Positions 52,807 to 60,418 of a stretch of 64,000 nucleotides of DNA are shown in pieces. A program made the translations under genes and the position numbers. The notes beneath the pieces are model-generated. The model did not search any database. It was given only the letters and a program-made list of their open reading frames with translations, and was not told the origin of the DNA. The DNA is from Burkholderiales bacterium (GTDB taxonomy: Bacteria; Pseudomonadota; Gammaproteobacteria; Burkholderiales; SG8-39), in the NCBI GenBank assembly GCA_035310985.1, contig DATGDH010000058.1, positions 130,028 through 194,027 of the forward strand, read 5' to 3'. Position 1 is the first letter of the stretch; each line of letters starts with the position of its first letter.

Positions 52807-53433
52807 ATGGAGACACTCACCGACCGCCAGACCGAGATACTGCGCCTCATTCGCGAACTCACGGAGGTATCCGGCTATCCCCCGACGCGCGCCGAGATCG
52901 CCCGCTCGATGGGATTTCGCTCGGTGAATGCGGCGGAGCAGCATCTGCGGGCGCTGGAACGCAAGGGAGCACTCGAGATCTCCTCCGGCGCCTCGCGGGG
53001 TATTCGAGTGCGCGAGCGGGCGCCGCATCGGGTCGGCCGGCTGATGGAGCTCCCGGTCGTCGGCCGAGTCGCCGCCGGCAGCCCCATACTCGCCGAAGAG
53101 CACCTGCAGGGCCGCTACCAGATCGATCCGAGCCTGTTCACCCCGCGTGCCGACTACCTGCTGCGGGTGCGCGGTCTGTCGATGCGCGACGCGGGCATAC
53201 TGGAGGGCGATCTGCTCGCCGTGCACCGCACACAAGACGCGCGCAGCGGACAGATCGTCGTCGCCCGTCTGGCCGACGAGGTGACCGTCAAGCGCCTGCG
53301 GCGGCGCGGCCACAGTGTCCAACTGCTCCCGGAAAACCCCGATTTCGCCCCCATCGAGCTTGATCTGCGGCGCGAGCCGCTGACCATCGAGGGAATCGCG
53401 GTCGGCGTGATCCGGAACGGCAAGAATTTGTAA
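52807..53433 (+). CDS. lexA: LexA repressor
   Basis: w[15 protein letters not shown]…[10 protein letters not shown], cleavage site VAAG, and catalytic Ser ([10 protein letters not shown]) / Lys (VTVKRL). Confidence 0.95.
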   Translation: METLTDRQTEILRLIRELTEVSGYPPTRAEIARSMGFRSVNAAEQHLRALERKGALEISSGASRGIRVRERAPHRVGRLMELPVVGRVAAGSPILAEEHLQGRYQIDPSLFTPRADYLLRVRGLSMRDAGILEGDLLAVHRTQDARSGQIVVARLADEVTVKRLRRRGHSVQLLPENPDFAPIELDLRREPLTIEGIAVGVIRNGKNL

Positions 53434-53524
53434 TATCGGGCACGCTCGACGGTGCGGCGCCCTCGCGTCAACGGGCGCGGCGCGGGATCCCTCTATAATG
53501 GGGTTCGAGCTTCGCGCCCAATAA

Positions 53525-55348
53525 ATGGACCACGCCAAGGACGCAGCCCTTCTCGATCTGGTACCCACCGGAGAATCGGCCGCCGCCGCGCCGCCCGTAC
53601 GCGAGCTCGCCGACCGGCGGAAGGTATTCGCCGACCAAGTAGACCTGCTGTTCCGGCACTCGCCCACCGGAGTCCTGATCTCGATCGTCGTCGGCGGAAT
53701 CGCGACCTACGAGCTCTGGGGCGAGAACACGCGCGATCTGATAAGCCTGTGGTGCGTGCTCATGGTGTTCGTTGGCGCGGCCCGACACATCCTGTATCGC
53801 GCATACTACAAGCGGCGCGACGAAAACTACAATAACTGGCTGCGCTGGTTTGCGATCGGCGCATTTGCAATGGGCGCGGTCTGGGGCTTCGCCGGCGCGG
53901 TGTTCTTTCCCGCGCACACGGACGCGCAGCAGGTTTTCCTCTCGTTTCTGCTCGCCGGAATGGTCGCGGGTGGCATTCCGGTGTATTCGGCGGTGTGGTG
54001 GGTCTACGCGATTTACGGTATCGCGATCATCGCGCCCTTCACGTACATCCTCGCAACCTTCGGCAGCCAGCAATTCGTCGAACTGGCGGTGCTGGTGCCG
54101 ATGTTCCTCGCCGTAAACATCAGCGTCGCCCGCAGGCTCTCGCGCGTGTTCGCCGACGGTTTCCGATTGCGCCATGCCTATTCACACCTGGGGCAAGACC
54201 ACTCGATGTTGAACGCCCAGCTGCAGGATCAGATTGAGGAGCTGCTGCAGGCGCAGCGCGAGATCGAGGCCTCGGGCCGCAAGCTCGCGCTCTTCTCCGA
54301 GCGGGCCCCGATCGCGGTGTTCGAGGTGGACCGAAACGGCACGGTGCTCGAGATGAACCCGTCGGCCGAGAACACCTTCGGCTATTCGAGCACCGAACTC
54401 ATCGGGCGCAGCATGATTCGCATGCTGATCCCGTCGGACGAGCCCGTCCTGAACAGCGAGTGGTGGCAATCGTTCGTTCGCAACGCGCGCCCAGAGGCGG
54501 GCCTCAAAGTGCGCTGCCGGCGTCGCGACGCAGTCGAGCTGATCTGCGAATTCTCGCTCACGCCTCTGGTGAACGACGTGGGCGAGCTGATCTCGGTCAT
54601 CACGCAATGTCAGGACATTACGCAGCAGCTCGAGGCCGAACGCCTCAAGAAGGAGTTCACCTCGACCCTGTCGCACGAACTGCGCACGCCGCTCACATCG
54701 ATCATCGGATCCCTGCAGCTCATCAATACCGGAATGCTGGGCGACCTGGCCAAGGAGGTTTCCGAGCTGACGGGCATCGCCGAGCGCAATGGCCAACGGC
54801 TGCTCGACCTCATCAACGACCTGCTCGATATCGACAAGATCGAATCCGGCAAGCTGCAGACCTACCCCGAGACGGTTTCGCTCGACGAGCTGGTGCGGGA
54901 GTCACTGGTGCTGAATCGCGCCTTCGCCGACCGCTTCGGGGTGCGCATGGTGCTGCTCGGCGACCCGCCACCGATAACCGTCTACGCGGACAAGAAGCGG
55001 CTCATACAGGTCATGACCAACCTGATGTCCAATGCCTCCAAATTCTCTCCGGAAGGCGAGACGGTCGAGGTTCAGCTCGAGCAGGTCGGCCACATGGCGC
55101 GCGTCAGCGTTATGGACCGCGGCAGCGGCATTCCCCCCGAATTCCGCAGCCGCATCTTCGGCCGTTTCGCGCAAGCGGACTCGGCCGCCACTCGCCAGAA
55201 GGGCGGGACGGGGCTCGGGCTTGCGATCTGCAAGCGTCTCGTCGAGCTGATGGGTGGGCGCATCGCATTCGCCGACCGCGTTGGCGGGGGCACGACGTTC
55301 TTCTTCGAATTGCCACTGATGGATCGCGCGGCCGCCGCGACGGGATGA
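53525..55348 (+). CDS. membrane-bound PAS-domain sensor histidine kinase
   Basis: About 6 hydrophobic helices in residues ~50-220, a coiled coil, a PAS-like segment (APIAVFEVDRNGTVLEMNPSAENTFGY), H-box SHELRTPLTSI, N-box MTNLMSNASKF, and G-boxes DRGSGIP / GTGLGLAI. Confidence 0.88.
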   Translation: MDHAKDAALLDLVPTGESAAAAPPVRELADRRKVFADQVDLLFRHSPTGVLISIVVGGIATYELWGENTRDLISLWCVLMVFVGAARHILYRAYYKRRDENYNNWLRWFAIGAFAMGAVWGFAGAVFFPAHTDAQQVFLSFLLAGMVAGGIPVYSAVWWVYAIYGIAIIAPFTYILATFGSQQFVELAVLVPMFLAVNISVARRLSRVFADGFRLRHAYSHLGQDHSMLNAQLQDQIEELLQAQREIEASGRKLALFSERAPIAVFEVDRNGTVLEMNPSAENTFGYSSTELIGRSMIRMLIPSDEPVLNSEWWQSFVRNARPEAGLKVRCRRRDAVELICEFSLTPLVNDVGELISVITQCQDITQQLEAERLKKEFTSTLSHELRTPLTSIIGSLQLINTGMLGDLAKEVSELTGIAERNGQRLLDLINDLLDIDKIESGKLQTYPETVSLDELVRESLVLNRAFADRFGVRMVLLGDPPPITVYADKKRLIQVMTNLMSNASKFSPEGETVEVQLEQVGHMARVSVMDRGSGIPPEFRSRIFGRFAQADSAATRQKGGTGLGLAICKRLVELMGGRIAFADRVGGGTTFFFELPLMDRAAAATG

Positions 55349-55749
55349 GCGAGGACCTGATGCCAACCAGCCCCTTGAACAGAATTTGCTACGTCGAGGA
55401 TGACGAAGACATTCAGCGTATCGTGCGCATGTCGCTTGAGCGCGTCGGCAAGATGACTGTCCGGGTCGTGGGGGACCCGACGCAGGCGATCGAGGCAATT
55501 AAGGCGTTCAAGCCAGACCTCGTTATGCTCGACTGGATGATGCCGGGAATGGACGGCCCTGCCCTCTTTCGCAAGATGCGCGAAACGCCCGAAGTCAACC
55601 ACCTCCCCGTGGTGTTCATCACCGCGAAGGCGTCCTCGTCGGAAATGGACGAGCTGCGCGCGATGGGCGCCGCGGGAGCGATCTCGAAGCCCTTTTCCCC
55701 GAAGGATCTGCCGGATCAGCTGCGCAGCATCTGGAGCAAGCTGCCCTGA
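55345..55749 (+). CDS. single-domain response regulator (CheY-like receiver)
   Basis: 134 aa. VEDDED, phospho-acceptor LVMLDWMMPGMDG, FITA and SKPF. The ATG overlaps the kinase stop (ATGA). Confidence 0.88.
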   Translation: MSEDLMPTSPLNRICYVEDDEDIQRIVRMSLERVGKMTVRVVGDPTQAIEAIKAFKPDLVMLDWMMPGMDGPALFRKMRETPEVNHLPVVFITAKASSSEMDELRAMGAAGAISKPFSPKDLPDQLRSIWSKLP

Positions 55750-55767
55750 GCACGGAGCGGACGCTCG

Positions 55768-56976
55768 TCAGAGCATGATGTCCTTCAGGCCGACGCCGGA
55801 GCGCCCGTACTCCAGCGTGCGGCGGATACGATAGGTTTCGTCCTCGCTGATCTTCGGCGAGCGCGAAAGATCGATGAGCTTTTGCGGGCGGATGGGGTTG
55901 CCTTTTTCGTCGCGCACCACCATGACGCGCGGCTGCAGCCGCTTGGCGAGGTTCTGCGAAATCACGATCCCGACCTCGCCGCTGTTCAGCTCGACCACGC
56001 TCCCCACAGGGAATACGCCGATGCAGCGGATGAACTCCTCGATCAGCAGCGGGTGAAAAGCCTTGCCGCGCCACTTGTGCAGCATCCCGAGCGCATTCGA
56101 CGGCGCCATGGCCTCGGCGTACGGGCGCCTGCTGGTCATCGCCGAGAACGTGTCGATGATGCCCGCGCAGGCGCCGATTGTTCCCAGCTCGCCGCTGCCG
56201 AGCGGGTAGCCGCTGCCATCGTGCCGCTCGTGATGCAGCGTCACCAGCTCGGCGATGTCCTCCGGCATCCCCGGAGTCTTCGCTAGGATTTCCTTGCCGC
56301 GCAGAACGTGCGCGCGGACAAGCTTCTGTTCGTCCGGAGACAGCGGCCCTGTCTTGCTCAGAACGTCGTCCGGTAGCTCGAGCATGCCGATGTCCTGCAA
56401 CAGCCCGACCATGCCGGCGCGCTCGATGTCCTCCGGCGTCATCCCGAGGAAGCGCGCGAACATGAGCATATAGATCGACGTATTCATCGCCCGGGTGAGA
56501 AAGTAGCCGCCGCGTTCCTTGAGCGCCGAGAAGAGCACCAGCGCATCCGGATTGCGCATGATGCTCGCGCTCATTTCCTTGACGGCGCCTCGCACCGCCG
56601 CCGCATCGATCTCGGCATCACGCGTGAGCGAGGCTACTACGGCATCCCATGCAACCTGACCGGCGTCGTAGGTTTTCGCCGCCCGCGGCAGCTCCGCCTC
56701 GACACTGACCCGCTCGATATGGACGACTTGGCGGATTCCCGCCGGTGTACCCGAGGTCCTGCCCGTCAATGCCCCGTGCTTCGTCTCGTCGGGCAGCTCG
56801 CTGCGCTCGACGTCGATGTAGACGTCCTTGCAGTATCGCCGCAGCGTTTCGAGCTGCGCGGGTTCGCGCACCAGGAAACCCTGAATGGGGAACGGCGTCT
56901 CGATCCAGGGTCGGTCTAGTTGCGAGACGTACATCCCGAACTGGAGCTCGTCGACGCGTACTTTCTTGGTGATCAC
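55768..56976 (-). CDS. DUF3391-type N-terminal domain + HD-GYP domain protein (HD motif degenerate: QD)
   Basis: N-terminus KVRVDELQFGMYVSQLDRPWIETPF (DUF3391-like). C-terminal HHERHDGSGYPLG and IIDTFSAMTSRRPY. The canonical LLHDIGK reads LLQDIGM. Confidence 0.85.
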   Translation of the reverse strand: MITKKVRVDELQFGMYVSQLDRPWIETPFPIQGFLVREPAQLETLRRYCKDVYIDVERSELPDETKHGALTGRTSGTPAGIRQVVHIERVSVEAELPRAAKTYDAGQVAWDAVVASLTRDAEIDAAAVRGAVKEMSASIMRNPDALVLFSALKERGGYFLTRAMNTSIYMLMFARFLGMTPEDIERAGMVGLLQDIGMLELPDDVLSKTGPLSPDEQKLVRAHVLRGKEILAKTPGMPEDIAELVTLHHERHDGSGYPLGSGELGTIGACAGIIDTFSAMTSRRPYAEAMAPSNALGMLHKWRGKAFHPLLIEEFIRCIGVFPVGSVVELNSGEVGIVISQNLAKRLQPRVMVVRDEKGNPIRPQKLIDLSRSPKISEDETYRIRRTLEYGRSGVGLKDIML

Positions 56977-57003
56977 AGCCTGTCTCTTCCTGCAATCGTA
57001 CTC

Positions 57004-58269
57004 TCAGGCCGCCCTCGCGACGAAGCTCTCGACCGGGGCCGCGTCCTGGCAGAACTTGCGCGCCAGGAACCCTATCACTTCGTCGGCGTTGCGAAAGCGG
57101 GCTTCGCGGTCCTTCTCCACCAGCTTGTCTATGAGCCGCTGGTACGCCGACAGCGCCTCGGGCATCGCCGGCGGCGGCGTATTGAGGTGCTGCAAGGCCA
57201 CCTCGATGGCCGTGGCCGCATCGAACATGTGCTTGCCCGTGAGCATCTGGTAGAGCAGTATCCCTGCACTATAGATGTCCGTGCGCAGGTCGAGCGCCAT
57301 CCCGCGCACCTGCTCAGGGCTCATGTAGCGCGGCGTGCCGAGGATCTCGCCGTGGCCGGTTCGGTCGATGGAATCGATGTGCTTTGCGATGCCGAAGTCG
57401 ACGATCGCCAGGCTCCCGTCTGCGCGAAACATCAGGTTCTGCGGCTTCAAGTCGCGATGCAGGACTCCGAATTCGTGTATGTCACCAAGCGCGAACATCA
57501 GCTCGCGAAAGATGCGCATGGCCTCTGCAGGCGCCGCAGGTTTCCCGCCGAGGCGCTTGTTCAGATCGCCGCCGTCGAAGAATTCCATCACCAGATAGGC
57601 GTGACTCTCTGACACGCCGTGGCCGTAGATCTTCGCCACGTGAGGGCTGCGAATACGCTCGACCAGCGTGTATTCTTCCATGAACCGCTCGAGCGCCAAC
57701 TTGTCGTCGGTCGCCTGGCTGCGCAGGATCTTGACCACCAGCGGTTCATCGTCCTTGTCGCGCGAAGCGAGATAGACGCGAGACATTCCGCCCTCGCCGA
57801 TCAGGCGCAGTACCCGGATGCCGGGTATGCGGACGCGCGCGCCGAGCAAGTGCCCTTCGACCCGGGCCGCGAGCTCCGGAGAGAGCGTGCGCCCCTCCTC
57901 GGCGTGCGTCAGGTCGCGGATCGAGGTCACGAGGCGCTCGCGGGTGAGCTCCTGCTTGCGCTGGTAGTCGTCCGCCCCCGCCTTCATCGCGCGCACGGCG
58001 ATGATCTCGTTGCCCGCGCCGGTCAGGAACAGGATCGGAGGACAGTCCTTGCGCAGTTTGAACGCCTGCAGCCATTCGAGGCCGTCGCCGCGGCCGAGCA
58101 TGTAATCAAGGATCACGACGTCGTAGCCGCCCAGCGGGAACTCGTTGCTGGGCATGTCGCGCACCAGAGGATCGAACTGCTCGACCTCGGCGTCGGGCCA
58201 CTGCTGCCGGATGAAATGCGCGAGCAGGCCCCGCAGATCTTCGTCGTCGTCGATGATCAGAGCGCGCAT
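57004..58269 (-). CDS. response-regulator receiver fused to a Hanks-type Ser/Thr protein kinase
   Basis: REC: IIDDDED, ILDYMLGRGDG, FLTG, DDYQRK. Kinase: GEGGMSRVY, VVKIL, HRDLKPQNLMF, DFGIAK, GTPRYMSPEQ. Confidence 0.88.
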   Translation of the reverse strand: MRALIIDDDEDLRGLLAHFIRQQWPDAEVEQFDPLVRDMPSNEFPLGGYDVVILDYMLGRGDGLEWLQAFKLRKDCPPILFLTGAGNEIIAVRAMKAGADDYQRKQELTRERLVTSIRDLTHAEEGRTLSPELAARVEGHLLGARVRIPGIRVLRLIGEGGMSRVYLASRDKDDEPLVVKILRSQATDDKLALERFMEEYTLVERIRSPHVAKIYGHGVSESHAYLVMEFFDGGDLNKRLGGKPAAPAEAMRIFRELMFALGDIHEFGVLHRDLKPQNLMFRADGSLAIVDFGIAKHIDSIDRTGHGEILGTPRYMSPEQVRGMALDLRTDIYSAGILLYQMLTGKHMFDAATAIEVALQHLNTPPPAMPEALSAYQRLIDKLVEKDREARFRNADEVIGFLARKFCQDAAPVESFVARAA

Positions 58270-58272
58270 GCG

Positions 58273-59403
58273 TCAGGCGCGGACGGCGAATACCTGACCG
58301 GTTCCGGACCGCCCCTGCAGCGCAGCGTCGTCGCGCGGAACCAGGGTGCCCGCCGGGAGCAGCCCGCGAACCGCTTCGTGCACGCGCCCGCACGCAAGCA
58401 CCTCGTTCGCGCCGGCCAGTCGCGCCAATTGCGCCGCCGTATCGACCGGTTCGCCGATCGCAGTGTAGTTCAGGTAGTGCGGCGAGCCGACGTTCCCGAT
58501 TACCGCCTCGCCCATGCAAATGCCGACTGCCAGGCTGAGGCGCGTGCCGATATCCTGTTCGCGTCGCAATCCGACGGAGCCAAAGCGCCCGAGCATCTCC
58601 TTGGCGGTGCTCAGGGCTCGCGAAGCGGCATCGCTTTGCAGGAACGGTACGTTGAAACCGACCAGCATGCTCTCGCCCGTCATATTCAGAACGGTGCCGT
58701 CGTAATGATAGGCAGCCTCCGTGAGCGCGGCGAAGCACTCATTCAGCATCGCGACCACGTCCGCCGCCTCGTTGCGCTCGATCAGAACGGCGAAGCCGCG
58801 CAGCTCGACGAACACCACGACGACGTTTGAGCGCTGGGCGCCGGCATTGAAAGGCCCTCCCTCGACGCCCACGTCCTGGATGATGCGGTCCGCGAGCCGA
58901 GGCGAAATGTAGCGCGAAAAGGCCTTCCTGATTGCCTCCTTGCGCTGCAGTTGCGCCAGCTGGCGTCTGCTTTCCAGCTCGCGCCGCGTTTCGTGCAGGC
59001 GGCGCAAGGTCTGCACCCTCGCCAGCAGTTCCGGAGGATTCACTGGCTTGGAGAGAAAATCGTCCGCGCCCGCCTCGATGCCCTTGACGCGGCTCTCTTT
59101 GTCTTCCAGAGCGGTGACGAGCACGATCGGCATCAGCGCGGTGGCGTGATCGGATTTGAGCTTTTTGCAGATCTCGAACCCCGTCGGCCCGGGCATCATG
59201 ACATCGAGCAGCATGAGGTCTGGCGGGGCCTCGGCAACGCGCGCCAGCGCCACGTTGCCGTCGCCGGCGACCCCCACCTCGATACCCTGTTTGCGCAACA
59301 GCGCGGCGAGAAAAGCCGTCATGTCCGGATCGTCGTCGACCACAAGAACCCTGAACGCAGTTTCGCTGCGCGGGGGTTTCTGTTCGGCCGCGAGCTCAGC
59401 CAT
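58273..59403 (-). CDS. response-regulator receiver fused to a class III nucleotidyl-cyclase homology domain (catalytic residues substituted)
   Basis: REC: VVDDDPD, LLDVMMPGPTG, LVTA, SKPV. CHD: VVVFVELRGFAVL…DGTVLNMTGESMLVGF…AVGICMGEAVIGNVG…YTAIGEPVDTAAQLARL. Confidence 0.85.
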   Translation of the reverse strand: MAELAAEQKPPRSETAFRVLVVDDDPDMTAFLAALLRKQGIEVGVAGDGNVALARVAEAPPDLMLLDVMMPGPTGFEICKKLKSDHATALMPIVLVTALEDKESRVKGIEAGADDFLSKPVNPPELLARVQTLRRLHETRRELESRRQLAQLQRKEAIRKAFSRYISPRLADRIIQDVGVEGGPFNAGAQRSNVVVVFVELRGFAVLIERNEAADVVAMLNECFAALTEAAYHYDGTVLNMTGESMLVGFNVPFLQSDAASRALSTAKEMLGRFGSVGLRREQDIGTRLSLAVGICMGEAVIGNVGSPHYLNYTAIGEPVDTAAQLARLAGANEVLACGRVHEAVRGLLPAGTLVPRDDAALQGRSGTGQVFAVRA

Positions 59404-59701
59404 AGACGATGCTTACCCGCGCCAGGTAATCGTCGTAGTCCGCGATGCAAGCTTCGAGCGCCAAGCGATCCCCGCTGCGGGCGCCATCCTCGATCTGCTT
59501 ACCGAGCAGCGACACCTTCTCGAAGCCGTAGGAATTGCCGACGCCCTTCATGCGGTGACCGAGCTGTCGCAGCTGCTCGAGATCCAGAGCCGCCAGGGCC
59601 GAACGCAGCGTCGCGAGCTCCTTCTTGCGGTTGCTCATGAACGTCGGAATCAGGTCGGCGAGATCCTTGGGCACGGTCACGGTGTAGGAGTCTCTGTTCA
59701 T
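59396..59701 (-). CDS. histidine phosphotransfer (Hpt) domain protein
   Basis: 101 aa, helical, with LRQLGHRMKGVGNSYGF matching the Hpt H-x-x-K-G motif. 8-nt overlap with the downstream REC-cyclase gene. Confidence 0.8.
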   Translation of the reverse strand: MNRDSYTVTVPKDLADLIPTFMSNRKKELATLRSALAALDLEQLRQLGHRMKGVGNSYGFEKVSLLGKQIEDGARSGDRLALEACIADYDDYLARVSIVYG

Positions 59702-59791
59702 GGCGATCTGCGTACCTTTCTCTTCTTGGCCGGCGTCGGGCGTCGTTGCGCCGGCGGTGCGGCCAACAGCGCGATTTTATAGGTAATTGCC

Positions 59792-59839
59792 GATCAACCT
59801 GCGCGACGGACTGTCAATCCTGCGCTCAGGAGTGTCAAT
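59792..59839 (-). promoter_or_regulatory. three phased TTGACA-like direct repeats upstream of the Hpt operon
   Basis: On the minus strand: aATTGACActcctgaGCGCAGGATTGACAgtccgtcGCGCAGGTTGATC. Repeat starts are spaced 21 and 20 nt apart, and a TATAAA lies further downstream (59776-59781). Possible promoter or response-regulator site. Confidence 0.3.
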
Positions 59840-59869
59840 TCGTGTTTGTGTGCATTTTTCCCGAATTTC

Positions 59870-60394
59870 TCAGGTGTCGTCTCCGTCCAATACGGCGCGC
59901 GCCCGCTGCAGATGTGGGTGCAGCGACAACGCCCGTGCAAATGCGAATCGGGCTGCTTCGCGCTCGCCGTTACCCAGGAGTATTTCTGCGAAAGCGCACA
60001 GTGCTCCGAAATGTCGCGGTTCGAGCTCGAGCGTGCGCTGGAGATCGGGCACACAGGCCTCGTCGCGTCCCAGCAGGTAATAGAGCGTCGCGCGCTTGTG
60101 CCAGGCTTCGGCGAAGTCGGGGAGGTGTCGCAGCAGGCGGTGCAGACGGGTTTCCGCGATGTCGTAGCGCTGCGCGGCGATGTCCTGGCTGGCGAGGTCG
60201 AGCACCTCGGCCGCCGAGCGGTGCGGATGGTACATCCACAACTCCCAGATGCGGTCCTCGGTATGGCTCGCCTCCTGCGGGCCACGGCATTGTGCGAGGC
60301 GCCGAAACAGTGCATCCAGAGCGGGTAAGGCGCGGATGGGGCGGCGATCCCGCCACAGGGCGATCAAGGACAGTGTCTCGGCGTATGCATCCAT
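59870..60394 (-). CDS. tetratricopeptide-repeat (TPR) protein
   Basis: 174 aa. AEAWHKRATLYYLLGRDEACVPDLQRTLELEPRHFGALCAFAEILLGNGEREAARFAFARALSLHP shows consecutive TPR helices. It starts 24 nt after the dnaE2 stop. Confidence 0.7.
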   Translation of the reverse strand: MDAYAETLSLIALWRDRRPIRALPALDALFRRLAQCRGPQEASHTEDRIWELWMYHPHRSAAEVLDLASQDIAAQRYDIAETRLHRLLRHLPDFAEAWHKRATLYYLLGRDEACVPDLQRTLELEPRHFGALCAFAEILLGNGEREAARFAFARALSLHPHLQRARAVLDGDDT

Positions 60395-60418
60395 CGCTTG
60401 CGCCTGATGTTAGCACCG

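Noticed and set aside
53494-53499. Perfect TATAAT 26 nt upstream of the histidine kinase start
   Set aside because: No acceptable -35 element lies at 16-18 nt spacing. It may still be an extended -10 or an alternative-sigma promoter, but this is unsupported.
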